From Nitrospirales bacterium (GTDB lineage Bacteria > Nitrospirota > Nitrospiria > Nitrospirales > UBA8639): DNA of 64,000 nt. Below the pieces are notes generated by a model. The model was not told the DNA's origin. It saw only the letters and a list, made by a program, of their open reading frames with translations, and ran no database searches. The stretch lies in NCBI GenBank assembly GCA_965223295.1, contig CBDCWC010000003.1:128001-192000 (forward strand), written 5' to 3'. Positions 47,561-57,895 of this stretch are shown piece after piece; within the stretch, counting starts at the first letter, position 1; each line of letters opens with the position of its first letter. Both the position numbers and the translations under genes were made by a program.

Positions 47561-47748
47561 GGGACTGTTGAATAATGACGATATCAAAGGCCATATTTCG
47601 CCAGGAAGCCCTTAGTGATCAGCAGCGTCTGGTCGTAAAAAAGTCCGTCCAGCAAGGCCGCAGCCATTTTTGCGCGCGGAGCGTACTAGTCCTACGTGAG
47701 CATGGAAAAAGGGCAAGAACGCCGCTGGCGGTTTTTTTCAACACACCC
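47561..47748 (-). mobile_element. MITE copy 9 (188 bp, reverse)
   Basis: GGGACTGTTGAATAAT...TTCAACACACCC; perfect TSD CTTCA at 47556-47560 and 47749-47753. Confidence 0.9.
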
Positions 47749-47848
47749 CTTCAAGAACCTTGGCTACCAAAGCTTGAACTTCAAGAGAAATTAATGATTC
47801 AATTCATTTCTGTCTTGTTTTGTCTTGTCCATCGAAGGAAACCCTTAC

Positions 47849-48820
47849 ATGCAATATGTACATCTCGGGCGATCCGGACTCAAGGTCAGCCGTCTCTGTT
47901 TGGGCACGATGAACTTCGGGCCGTTGACGTCAGAAGCTGAGAGCTTTGCCATCATGGACAGAGCGTTGGAGCTGGGAATCAATTTTTATGATACGGCAGA
48001 TGTTTATGGCTGGGAATTGGGAGAAGGCATTACTGAACACATTCTTGGACGGTGGTTTGCTCAAGGCGGAAGCCGGCGTGAAAAAGTGGTGTTGGCGACC
48101 AAAGTGTTTGGGCGCATGGGCGAATGGCCAAATCAATCTCGGCTCTCCGCGTTGCATATCAAACGGGCCTGCGAAGACAGTCTACGCCGATTGCAGACAG
48201 ATTATATTGATCTCTATCAAATGCATCATGTTGATCGGGATTCTCCATGGGAAGAAATCTGGCAAGCCATGGAACAGCTCGTGCGTGAAGGTAAGGTCTT
48301 GTATGTGGGGAGCAGTAATTTTGCAGGCTGGCATCTGGCTCAAGCCCAAGAATTGGCACAACAACGCCATTTTTTAGGATTGGTGTCCGAACAAAGCCTG
48401 TATAACCTGAATGACCGCATGATTGAGTTGGAAGTCATTCCAGCTTGCGAAGCCTATGGCATCGGTCTCATTCCCTGGAGCCCTGTAGCACGAGGGCTTT
48501 TGGCAGGAGCTCTTGAACCCGCCACAAGCGGACGAAGAGCGGATGAAGACTTACAAAAAACTATCGAGGCATGTCGTCCACAATTAGAAACGTATGAACA
48601 ACTCTGTCGTGAATCAGGGGAACAGCCCGCACATATCGCCCTTGCATGGTTGCTTCATCAAAAAGCGGTCACGGCACCCATCATCGGACCACGAACGCTA
48701 GACCAATTGAATGGCACCATACGAGCGACGGAAATCTCGCTTTCTAAAGATCAGCTGAAGCGCCTGGATGAAACTTTTCCGGGCCCCGGTGGCCCCGCCC
48801 CCGAAGCCTACGCCTGGTAA
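47849..48820 (+). CDS. Aldo/keto reductase
   Basis: LGRSGLKVSRLCLGTM, DTADVYG, LATKV, SLRRLQTDYIDLYQMH, IPWSP. Confidence 0.95.
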   Translation: MQYVHLGRSGLKVSRLCLGTMNFGPLTSEAESFAIMDRALELGINFYDTADVYGWELGEGITEHILGRWFAQGGSRREKVVLATKVFGRMGEWPNQSRLSALHIKRACEDSLRRLQTDYIDLYQMHHVDRDSPWEEIWQAMEQLVREGKVLYVGSSNFAGWHLAQAQELAQQRHFLGLVSEQSLYNLNDRMIELEVIPACEAYGIGLIPWSPVARGLLAGALEPATSGRRADEDLQKTIEACRPQLETYEQLCRESGEQPAHIALAWLLHQKAVTAPIIGPRTLDQLNGTIRATEISLSKDQLKRLDETFPGPGGPAPEAYAW

Positions 48821-49159
48821 ACTCTCTCCCAATACTCCTTCAATAAAATATCATTTTTCTTTCCCGACATTTTCTATCAGAAATCCATCTTGTTTTTTTG
48901 AAGTTCACTCAACCTTATAGTTTTCTGCAAACCTTTCTGCTTACCTCTTAACATTAGTTAAAAATTTTCTCATACTCGTGGCTGAGCAAGCGAGCGAAAC
49001 CGATAGAACAATCAGATACAGTAGTTGACATATTGTTGAAATAGTTTTCAAAACTTTGACGACGGTAGTCTGCTGAATTTTGCCTCACTGCAACGTAAAT
49101 TCCTTACAACTCAATGAGTTGCCCTCTTATGCATGTTATGTAAACCCCTCTCTTCATGT

Positions 49160-49176
49160 TTGGCATACTAGTTGCT
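49160..49176 (+). promoter_or_regulatory. Sigma54 (-24/-12) promoter
   Basis: TTGGCATACTAGTTGCT (GG-N10-GC), about 70 nt before the ATG at 49249. Confidence 0.7.
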
Positions 49177-49248
49177 GTCTCATAAACACAAGACATTCGG
49201 ACAAAGCTAAAAGGTCGCAACATCGGACCTTAAGCCAAGGAGGGCACG

Positions 49249-49656
49249 ATGAAACATTCACTTTTTACTCAAGCCATCGCAATCGGATTAGCTCTTGTGT
49301 TTATTAATGGAGAAATGGTGCAGGCCGAAACGCCTCCCCCTGAACCGGAAGAGGCATACTTAGTCAATGAAGACGTGAATATTATCACCGGTCTGTATAC
49401 ACGAGAATATTCGCTTCACCAAGACGGAAAAGTGGATTATAAGACCGCTCGGCAAATCATCATTTCAGAATACAACAAATACTGGAATTCAGTTGTCGAA
49501 ACGAAAGAATTCCCCTTGTTTTACTGGCATGATGCAAAACGAGATGGTAGCTGGAAGATGTATGTAGATCAACAAGTAGAAGGGTGCATCTGTGATATTA
49601 TTCCCTATCAAGTAAAGACTGAAGAACAAATTGCCCATGACGATCCTTTTGAATGA
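49249..49656 (+). CDS. Secreted hypothetical protein
   Basis: SD AAGGAGG; signal peptide ending VQA; acidic/aromatic mature part with a CxC motif. Confidence 0.75.
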   Translation: MKHSLFTQAIAIGLALVFINGEMVQAETPPPEPEEAYLVNEDVNIITGLYTREYSLHQDGKVDYKTARQIIISEYNKYWNSVVETKEFPLFYWHDAKRDGSWKMYVDQQVEGCICDIIPYQVKTEEQIAHDDPFE

Positions 49657-49799
49657 TTGCCTCATATCATGATTTGCCATCTAAGAAAGATAAATGCAAC
49701 TCCCCGGAATTAATCTAAGGAGTTGCTTGACATATATCCACATCGCTACTCACTCTACTCACAAAAAAATAGGCCCGATGAGGAAACTCCGCAGCAATA

Positions 49800-49818
49800 A
49801 AAGGTTCCTGACACCTTT
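49800..49818. repeat. Short REP-like hairpin
   Basis: AAAGGT-TCCTGAC-ACCTTT just downstream of metX; shares the CTGAC core with the 38-bp palindromes. Confidence 0.4.
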
Positions 49819-49832
49819 AATATGTATGTTAC

Positions 49833-51626
49833 TTAGCGGGTGAGCGCAACGACGGCGATGTCAGCATTCAAGTTGGGATCATCAACGATCTCTTCACCCG
49901 TACTGGAATTGAAGTAGATGGCTTCCAGGATGCGGATTTTGCGTTTTGAGCAAAGTTCTTGAAAATCAAGGATCGACGGAAACCGCCGATTCGGTGTATC
50001 GTGCCACTCGTAAGCATACAGCCCCTCTTCCTTGGGTAATCGTCCTTCCAGCATGAATGTTTTGCGCATGGGCGCATAGGCGAAGTTCGGAAAACTCACG
50101 ATTCCCCGTCTTCCGATACGCACAACTTCATCGAGAACACCTGCTACATCAACAATTGATTGTACGGTTTGGGACAAGAGCGCCACATCAAAACTCAGAT
50201 CTGGTATTGCCGTAAGCCCATGATCCAGGTCGGCATGGAGAACCGGAAGCCCAAGTTCGATACAACGCACAACGTGACCCTGGTCCCGTTCAACACCAAG
50301 AAGAGGGCCATATCCTTTGTCTCGTAGTATCGAAAGAAGCTCTCCGTTCCCGGACCCAAGATCCACAACACTCGCCTGCTTAGGCATCAAACGAAGGATC
50401 ATGTCATAGTCGAGGCGTTCCGCAAAAAAGATGCTTGTTGGTTCATCAACGCGGGTGCTGGCAGCAACAGTAGCGTTCGTCACCATGTCGTCGCCTGCAA
50501 GGAACGCACGGATCATGCGACCGCCATCTTTCATGGTATCCATTAGGAGAAAAGAATCGTGGCCAGCAGGGCTTTCTATTTCACAACTGCTCACCGACTT
50601 GGACTGCGCTACAAGGACATCCACGAGCTGTCGCGAAGCCGAGGCCGGATATAGCCAATCACTCGAGAAACTGATAAAAAGCCAGCGGCATGTCGAAGGG
50701 ACAAAGGACTTTGCTAGTTTTTGGTCGTTATCGCCCAGATCAAAGAGATCCATTGCTGTAGAAAGCGTCAGGTAGCTATTGGCATCAAAACGCTCCACAA
50801 AACGATCGCCTTGATGTGCCAGATAGGAACCTACCGAAAAGGTACTCTCAAAGGCGGAATCAACGGTTCGGGGCTGTAAACGAGTCGGGTCAAATTTGGC
50901 CCGCATTGACTCATCGGAAAGATACGTGATGTGCGCCAACATGCGGGCTAGAGCGAGCCCTCCTTCAGGAGCTGGCCCGTCATAGTATTGACCTCCAGCA
51001 AAATTCGGATCATGACGAATGGCATTGCGCCCGACAACATCAAAGGCAATTCCTTGCGAACTCAACCGAGCCGAAGCCGCGAGCACGATACTCGACCTCA
51101 CCACATCGGGGTGCTCAACGGCCCAAGTCAACACCTGCAGCCCTCCAAGCGAACCACCGATTACTGAGCGAAGCTGCGACACTCCCAGGTGGGCGATAAG
51201 GCGATACTGTACCGTCACCATGTCCCGCACTGTAATGACAGGAAACTCCGCGCCGTAGGGTCGGCCACTCTCTGGACTTACAAAGTTCGGCCCCGTTGTC
51301 CCCCGACAACCACCAAGCACGTTCGAACAAATCACGAAATACCGATCCGTATCAATCGGCTTACCCGGCCCAACTAAAATTTCCCACCAGCCAGGGTTAT
51401 CGCTCTCATCATGTCGAGCAACATGCGAATCCCCGCTCAAAGCATGGCAAATGAGGACAGCGTTACTCTGCTTTGCATCAAGAGTACCCCATGCCTCGTA
51501 ACACACCGTGACTTGCTCGAGCCGGTCGCCATTCTCGAGCTCCAGTGGCTTGGGCAAAACCCACGTCTTGGCATGTCTAAGAGGCGAACCGTATTGCTGA
51601 GGATCCGAACTTCGCGGAAGACTCAC
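49833..51626 (-). CDS. metX: Homoserine O-acetyltransferase fused to a MetW methyltransferase-like domain
   Basis: CHALSGD, GGSLGG nucleophile elbow, FDANSY, SDWLY, GHDSFL; C-terminal RLDY...VVDLGSGNG...SQTVQ...IVSFPNFAY...WHDTPN (MetW). Confidence 0.92.
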   Translation of the reverse strand: MSLPRSSDPQQYGSPLRHAKTWVLPKPLELENGDRLEQVTVCYEAWGTLDAKQSNAVLICHALSGDSHVARHDESDNPGWWEILVGPGKPIDTDRYFVICSNVLGGCRGTTGPNFVSPESGRPYGAEFPVITVRDMVTVQYRLIAHLGVSQLRSVIGGSLGGLQVLTWAVEHPDVVRSSIVLAASARLSSQGIAFDVVGRNAIRHDPNFAGGQYYDGPAPEGGLALARMLAHITYLSDESMRAKFDPTRLQPRTVDSAFESTFSVGSYLAHQGDRFVERFDANSYLTLSTAMDLFDLGDNDQKLAKSFVPSTCRWLFISFSSDWLYPASASRQLVDVLVAQSKSVSSCEIESPAGHDSFLLMDTMKDGGRMIRAFLAGDDMVTNATVAASTRVDEPTSIFFAERLDYDMILRLMPKQASVVDLGSGNGELLSILRDKGYGPLLGVERDQGHVVRCIELGLPVLHADLDHGLTAIPDLSFDVALLSQTVQSIVDVAGVLDEVVRIGRRGIVSFPNFAYAPMRKTFMLEGRLPKEEGLYAYEWHDTPNRRFPSILDFQELCSKRKIRILEAIYFNSSTGEEIVDDPNLNADIAVVALTR

Positions 51627-51653
51627 ACTATTGCCTTTGAGATCTAGCGTCGC

Positions 51654-52955
51654 CTAGCGACTTGCCTGCAGCGCTTGCTCTAGATCCGCGATGATGTCAG
51701 CAGCATCTTCGATCCCAACGGAGACGCGGATGTACCCTAGCGTGACGCCTGCTTTCACTTGTTCTGCGACCGTAAGTTGCTGGTGAGTCGTTGAGGCGGG
51801 ATGGATCACGAGTGTTTTCGCATCGCCAATATTGGCAAGGTGGCTCGCCAGCTTGACGTTATCGATAAACGTTTTCCCTGCCCGTTCGCCACCTTGAATG
51901 CCAAATCCAAGAATAGCCCCGGCACCGGCGGGCAAATATTTCTTAGCAACCTGATGATGAGAATGGCTCTCAAGGCCAGGATAGTTAACCCACTCGACGA
52001 GTTCGTGTCCTTCGAGAAATTTTGCGACCGCCAAAGCATTTTCACAGTGACGCGGCATTCGTAAATGCAACGTCTCAAGTCCCTGGAGAGTCAGAAAAGA
52101 GGCAAAAGGGCTCATGGCCGCACCGGTATCACGCAGCCAATGCGTCCGCATATGCAAGATATACGCAATATTGCCCATCGGGCGTAGAGCTTCTTCGAAG
52201 ACGGTGCCGTGGTACGAAGGTGAAGGTGCACAGAATTCCGGCCAACGCTTTGGATCATCAGCCCATGGAAAATTCGCACTATCAACAACCGCACCACCAA
52301 CATGTACACCATGTCCACCAATGAATTTGGTGGTCGAATAGACAACGATATCAACTCCATGCTCAATCGGCCGCAGGAGCATCGGCGTCATGACCGTGTT
52401 ATCACAGATCGTGGGAAGATGGAGTGCATGCGCGGCATCCGTAACCTTTTTGAAATCAGGAACATCGTTTTTCGGATTACCCATGCTCTCGAAGAACACA
52501 CAGCGAGTGTTCTCATCTGCGAGTTCAGCAATCTGCTCGGGTTGATCCGACTCAAAGAACCGGACTTCAATCCCAAGATTTTTGAGCGTCGTCGTAAACA
52601 GGGTCCATGTCCCACCGTACAGACCCGTAGAGGAAAGAAAGTTCTGGCCTGAATGGCAAATTGTCAGTAAGGCCGCCATAGTTGCGGACTGGCCAGATGC
52701 AAAGCTTAAGGCCGCCGCGCCACCGTCCATGGCAGCCAAGCGCTTTTCAAGCACATCGTTAGTCGGATTCATAATCCGGCTGTACACATTCCCAAACTCT
52801 GACAAGGCGAATAAACTTGCCGCATGATCAGTATCATTAAATACATAGGAAGTTGTCGCGTAGATCGGAACGGCACGTGCATTCGTCGTCGGATCAGGTT
52901 CCTGTCCCGCATGAACCGCCTTCGTGCCAAGACCGTGAGGGGTGCTTTCACTCAT
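51654..52955 (-). CDS. metY: O-acetylhomoserine aminocarboxypropyltransferase (sulfhydrylase)
   Basis: ARAVPIYATTSYVF, YSRIMNPT, YSTTKFIGGHG (PLP lysine), LANIGDAKTLVIHPASTTHQQL. Confidence 0.95.
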   Translation of the reverse strand: MSESTPHGLGTKAVHAGQEPDPTTNARAVPIYATTSYVFNDTDHAASLFALSEFGNVYSRIMNPTNDVLEKRLAAMDGGAAALSFASGQSATMAALLTICHSGQNFLSSTGLYGGTWTLFTTTLKNLGIEVRFFESDQPEQIAELADENTRCVFFESMGNPKNDVPDFKKVTDAAHALHLPTICDNTVMTPMLLRPIEHGVDIVVYSTTKFIGGHGVHVGGAVVDSANFPWADDPKRWPEFCAPSPSYHGTVFEEALRPMGNIAYILHMRTHWLRDTGAAMSPFASFLTLQGLETLHLRMPRHCENALAVAKFLEGHELVEWVNYPGLESHSHHQVAKKYLPAGAGAILGFGIQGGERAGKTFIDNVKLASHLANIGDAKTLVIHPASTTHQQLTVAEQVKAGVTLGYIRVSVGIEDAADIIADLEQALQASR

Positions 52956-53137
52956 TTCTTCGCTCCAATCATTTTGAGATGAGGAATAGATAAAAAGCCG
53001 AGTGTAAGTGGGCAGCAAAGTACCAAAGGATTCACAGAAGGGTCAATGAATCATCTGAGAGTTGGCTTGCATCGTGAGGATTTCCTCTAAGAGAGCACTT
53101 TTGATAGCAGAAAACTACAGATTCTAGCCGTAAAAAT

Positions 53138-56100
53138 CTACTCTAGCAAAAACTCAAAATCTTTTTGCGTTAATCCCGCTCCGCCTCCTTTATGAGATGC
53201 GCCTTCTAATACGGCATTATAGAGTTCCATTTTTTGCTGTTTAAGAGCCATCATCTTTTCTTCAATGGTGTGTCGCATGAGCAATCGCATAATCGAGACT
53301 TTTTGTTTTTGCCCAATACGATGGGCGCGATCTGAGGCTTGATTTTCAACGGCGGGATTCCACCACGGGTCTAAATGAAAGACATAGGAGGCTTTTGTCA
53401 GATTTAACCCCTGCCCCCCAGCTTTGAGGCTGAGTAAAAAGACCATGGCCTTATGACTCTCCTGAAATTCCTGTACGATTTTTTTGCGCGTAGGTGTGGG
53501 CGTTGAGCCGTCCAGCCGCACATAGGGAATATGATGCGCCTGAAATTCCTGTTCAACGAGATCTAAATACGAGGTAAATTGAGAAAACACCAAGGCGCTA
53601 TGTCCCTCATCCATGAGTTCTTCTAATCGCTCCACCACACAGCCCAATTTGGGAGAAGTATCCGTACTATCTTGTTGAATAAGGCGAGGTGAGAGACAGA
53701 TTTGACGCAATTTCAAGATAGCGGTTAGCGCAATAATTCTGGCTTGTGAAGCCGTTTTCGTACGATACGCCGATGCAATCGTCGAACGGATAGTGGCCAC
53801 GGTCTGTTGGTAGAGCGATTTCTGGCGATCCGTCAGTTCTAGATAGATATCTGTTTCGATTTTTTGAGGCAGCTCTTTCAGTATTTGGGATTTTGTGCGC
53901 CGGAGCACGAACGGTTTCGTCCGCTGCATAATCGTTCTCAGTAACTCAGGAGATGGCGCCTTCAATTTTCCTTTGAGACTCTCATACTCACCCAACAAAC
54001 CCGGTACACATAAATCCATCAGGGAATAATATTCGCCGACATGGTTCTCTAATGGAGTCCCGGTCATCACACATTTAAAATACCCTTTGAGGCGTCGCGC
54101 GGCGCCAGTTGTCCCGGCTAGAATATTTTTGACAGCCTGCGCTTCATCAAAGAAAATGACGTGAAACATCTGTTGTTCAAGAATGACAATATCTCGTCGG
54201 ACCAATCCATAGGTAGTCAGCACCACATCTGCATGGGCAAAATCTGTCTGGCGTTCTTTTCCTACATAATGGTGAATATTGAAATTGGGATAGAACCGAG
54301 TCATCTCTTGTTCCCAATTAAAGAGTAAACTTGGGGGCAACACCACTAAATGCGGTCCCAGCTGTTGACTTGGAGATTCAATGACACCCTCATGGATCCC
54401 CGCTAGCAAACTAATAGCTTGGATGGTTTTTCCTAATCCCATATCATCAGCTAAGCACGCCCCTAAACGATGCTGGTACAAAAACCCTAACCAGCGGTAT
54501 CCTTCTTGTTGATAGGGACGCAGCTTAGCCTGTAGCTTTTTGGGCAAGGGTCGGCGATCAATCCGCTCAAAATTCAGAAGACGGTCAACTAAGGCTTCAT
54601 CCTCAGGTGAGAGAGTAATTTTGACTCCCCGCTTACGCAATGCGACCCAATCCAAGATCTGCAGTTTAGGAACTTGTACGACGACAGGCTTCCCTTCATG
54701 TGACTTCTTGGGTAGTTTCGAGGAAGAGAGTGCAGTTAATGTTCGCAAGATTTCTTGCGTATCTTGATCCACAATACGCACCTGTCCATCGACTTCCATG
54801 ATACCCCCTCGATCCAGAATCGTCTGAATCTCGTGGGCTTCGAGACGAACACCGTCACACATGATTTCAGGGCGCAATTCGAACCAATCAATAGTCGGCG
54901 GACGGCTTGCATCAACGGAACAATCCCAGTCTCCTGTCGACACGGGCTTATCCTGGAAAAATAGTTCAATACCGGCTTCGGCAGTTTTTGCGTAACATTC
55001 AGGCAACCCCGCATACAGAGCCTCTTGAGACAGTGACATGACATCATGCGAAATCATGTTTTCAAAGATGGGCAGGCCCCAAATTTCGTAGGGAATGCGA
55101 TATAACAAGGCTTCCTTTGCCCAATCATTTGGGATCACACACCATTGACCGTCGTGAACAAGCAAGCGCAGGGACTCTTCTAGAAGTGGCACTGAAAAAA
55201 AGTTGAGCAATTCTTCCGCTTCCGCTTTGATACGAAAAGGGCCAAACTCTTCTTGGCGTAGACAGGCTTTGATCAGCCTCTTTCCGGCAGCCGACGTTTT
55301 CGCTCGACAGAGTTGAAAAAACGTGTCATAGAGCGCGGCTCGCCGTTTTTTGGATCGCAATCCACTGGAAACCGATAAGCCTCGCTCAACAACCAGATAG
55401 AAACTGAAAATTTGTTCGCTCGTCGCACCGAAACCTTCGCCTTGCCAGCATTCTGCCACCAAGGATGCGGCATTGGTTTCCAGAAGAGGCTCATCCACCA
55501 GCCAGGCTTCAGGCATCACCGTCAAACGATTTCGTTGAGGTTTAGGAATTTCGGTTCCATCAGTTTGAATCAGGTCGACCTCTCGTCCCTCAATCTTGAA
55601 TTGCACAGCTCCTAGGAGATGAGATAGATCTTTTTTAGGAAGATCAATTTGCAATTGGGCAAAGTTTCTTACCGGAATGGTCAACATCGGACGTAGGTCC
55701 CTGGCTTCCCCTTCATTCCATTGCACTGATGAAGCCGCCATCTTCCTTACACTTTTGTTCCTTGAAATGCCTCGAGGCATTTCACTTCTTTCATTGACCT
55801 GTTCGGCTAACATGTCATAGAGAACCCATCCCAACTCGTTATCCACTGGGGCCAACTTACCAGCACCCAGATCCACAACCATCCCTAGAAACAACTGAGC
55901 CTGCTCCTGAGCAACACCAAATCGAAAACTACGAGCGGCTACTGTGACATTACCTTTGCTTACATCCAATTCCGTTTTAATGATATAGGTCATCGAGGGC
56001 GCCCACTCCACTAACGTGCGCCCATGCATATCCTCAAAATAGAGAGGGAAAGCCTGCCCGTGGTGTTTCAGGAAATCCCGCAAAGCCTCCTGAACTGACC

Positions 56101-56665
56101 AAGCCGGATCCTGGGTTGCGCGCAGCAAGACAGCCAACTCGGTGGGCATGCCTAAAAACGTCTGACACACATTCCCATGATTGGTGATCGCAATGAAACC
56201 TTTCCCAAGGCGATCAACTAAATTGACTTCAAAACGCGGAATGACACGGGCAGTCTTTGATCCGGAGTGAGATGGCAACGAACCTTGCAATAACTGCTGC
56301 GAAAGCTCTTCTTGGCGAGATTTTCTGGCATTTGCTACTGGGAAAGCATCCGGCACGAGTAAATTGACCGTCGTCAACAAGGCACAAATCACATGTTTGC
56401 ACTGCGTTGAAGCCGTCCATGCGTGGCATCGGCAAGAATAGGCCAATTTCCCCTTTTGAACTAGAAACGTCACGGCATAATATTTTGATCCTCGCACCGA
56501 CGCAGCGAGGATCGTTCGCGAACGGTTCCAACTATACGACTCTAACCGGCCCTGAACGTAGTAGTCATAACCACGAAGCACAAAGGCTTTGGGAGCCAAA
56601 AAATAAATATGATTGGGAGAGAGGGCTTTAAGATGTTCGAGAACACCTGAGGGTTCTAGGGCCAT
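53138..56665 (-). CDS. SWIM zinc finger plus SNF2-family helicase/ATPase
   Basis: CRC...CKH SWIM motif; LRPYQ, LADDMGLGKT, DEAQ, TGTPLEN, LRRTK, FSQF, SLKAGGQGLNL, DPWWNPAVENQASDRAHRIGQ. Confidence 0.95.
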   Translation of the reverse strand: MALEPSGVLEHLKALSPNHIYFLAPKAFVLRGYDYYVQGRLESYSWNRSRTILAASVRGSKYYAVTFLVQKGKLAYSCRCHAWTASTQCKHVICALLTTVNLLVPDAFPVANARKSRQEELSQQLLQGSLPSHSGSKTARVIPRFEVNLVDRLGKGFIAITNHGNVCQTFLGMPTELAVLLRATQDPAWSVQEALRDFLKHHGQAFPLYFEDMHGRTLVEWAPSMTYIIKTELDVSKGNVTVAARSFRFGVAQEQAQLFLGMVVDLGAGKLAPVDNELGWVLYDMLAEQVNERSEMPRGISRNKSVRKMAASSVQWNEGEARDLRPMLTIPVRNFAQLQIDLPKKDLSHLLGAVQFKIEGREVDLIQTDGTEIPKPQRNRLTVMPEAWLVDEPLLETNAASLVAECWQGEGFGATSEQIFSFYLVVERGLSVSSGLRSKKRRAALYDTFFQLCRAKTSAAGKRLIKACLRQEEFGPFRIKAEAEELLNFFSVPLLEESLRLLVHDGQWCVIPNDWAKEALLYRIPYEIWGLPIFENMISHDVMSLSQEALYAGLPECYAKTAEAGIELFFQDKPVSTGDWDCSVDASRPPTIDWFELRPEIMCDGVRLEAHEIQTILDRGGIMEVDGQVRIVDQDTQEILRTLTALSSSKLPKKSHEGKPVVVQVPKLQILDWVALRKRGVKITLSPEDEALVDRLLNFERIDRRPLPKKLQAKLRPYQQEGYRWLGFLYQHRLGACLADDMGLGKTIQAISLLAGIHEGVIESPSQQLGPHLVVLPPSLLFNWEQEMTRFYPNFNIHHYVGKERQTDFAHADVVLTTYGLVRRDIVILEQQMFHVIFFDEAQAVKNILAGTTGAARRLKGYFKCVMTGTPLENHVGEYYSLMDLCVPGLLGEYESLKGKLKAPSPELLRTIMQRTKPFVLRRTKSQILKELPQKIETDIYLELTDRQKSLYQQTVATIRSTIASAYRTKTASQARIIALTAILKLRQICLSPRLIQQDSTDTSPKLGCVVERLEELMDEGHSALVFSQFTSYLDLVEQEFQAHHIPYVRLDGSTPTPTRKKIVQEFQESHKAMVFLLSLKAGGQGLNLTKASYVFHLDPWWNPAVENQASDRAHRIGQKQKVSIMRLLMRHTIEEKMMALKQQKMELYNAVLEGASHKGGGAGLTQKDFEFLLE

Positions 56666-56998
56666 TGACTGTCAGCTATCCGTCCTTTAGCCATAGAATA
56701 TTCGTGATGCCGCAAGAAAAAAACTGTTCTCACGCATAAAAAAAGTCAGGCAGAAATGTCTGCCACCGCATAAGAGGAATGAGACACAAATTCACAAACG
56801 ACGCGACCAAGTTTTCATGACAAGGTTCTGTCAGAATACGGCAAAGGATTGAGAAATGGAGAGACAGCTCCACAATGTTTTGCTCAAACAAGGTATAGTA
56901 CCATCGCTACCCGTGGATGGTCATCTTCTAGAGGCAACAGAAGAAGTGCGGGAAGAGCGCTAGAAACGAGAACAACGATTAGAGGAATAGATTAAACG

Positions 56999-57775
56999 CT
57001 ATTGAAGATCTTGGACTACAACGGTCCCTTGCATAGAACCAAGATGCAGATCGCAGTGATAGGGAAACACGCCAGCCTCCTTGAATACATGCTCGAACCT
57101 CTGCCCAGGTTTGTTGACCGTGAGTCCACTATTAAACACTTGCCCCCCACCGGAACAATCATTCACACGGCAAGCCCCGCTCGTCACACTATGCGGTTCT
57201 TGAGCACCATCTGCATACACCCACACGATTTTTTCATCTGGCTGGATGGTCACTTCTGAGGGTACAAAGAAAGTCGGGGCTCGAAAAACCACTACGACGG
57301 CACCAATGGTTTCTGACGCCAGTCCCTCCTTGAAAGAAGTCGGAGCACGGGGTTCCCGAGCTATGGACAAAAATTCATCCTGCGCTGGATCAATCTCACA
57401 TGTTTTGCCTTCAGCAGCCTTCACCACAACAGCATCCACATGATCGTAGACCGCATGGGAGACTAAGCCCAACAAAAGGCCATCGTCTTTCACAATGTTC
57501 ATGACAACCGTATCACTTTGCCCCTTGGTTTCCTGAACTTGCAAGAGGCAATGTTCAGAGTTCAACTTCCACGTCAATTCTACAAAAAATGGATGGCCCA
57601 CTTCGTTTTTGTCAACGAGCACGATCTCTGCTCCAGATTCTAAATCCAAGCCAAAATCTAAGACCATATCACCAACTTCCCAGCCTATTGTAGCATGTAC
57701 CGTGACTGGAACTATCGACATCACGACGCAAAGGATTGTTTTCGTGATACCATGCTGGAGACCCATTTTCCTCAT
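56999..57775 (-). CDS. Secreted protein with a C-terminal cupredoxin (plastocyanin/azurin-like) domain
   Basis: Signal peptide; FVPSEVTI, PHSVT, YHCDLHLGSMQGTVVV (H/C/H/M type-1 Cu ligands). Confidence 0.85.
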   Translation of the reverse strand: MRKMGLQHGITKTILCVVMSIVPVTVHATIGWEVGDMVLDFGLDLESGAEIVLVDKNEVGHPFFVELTWKLNSEHCLLQVQETKGQSDTVVMNIVKDDGLLLGLVSHAVYDHVDAVVVKAAEGKTCEIDPAQDEFLSIAREPRAPTSFKEGLASETIGAVVVVFRAPTFFVPSEVTIQPDEKIVWVYADGAQEPHSVTSGACRVNDCSGGGQVFNSGLTVNKPGQRFEHVFKEAGVFPYHCDLHLGSMQGTVVVQDLQ

Positions 57776-57895
57776 AACTTATTTCTTAAAAAGTGATAGG
57801 TCAATCTCACTTCCGACCCGTACTATACTGATGAGCGATCACAGATCAAACCGGCAGTCTTAATAGATAAAACCTGAAGAGAGAAGAACGTACGT

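Noticed and set aside
52956-53137. SAM riboswitch upstream of metY
   Set aside because: No SAM-I core motifs recognised by eye; an Rfam scan is needed to exclude other classes.
53138-56665. SNF2 helicase as part of an anti-phage defence system
   Set aside because: Solitary SWIM-SNF2 architecture with housekeeping neighbours; no methylase or nuclease partners.
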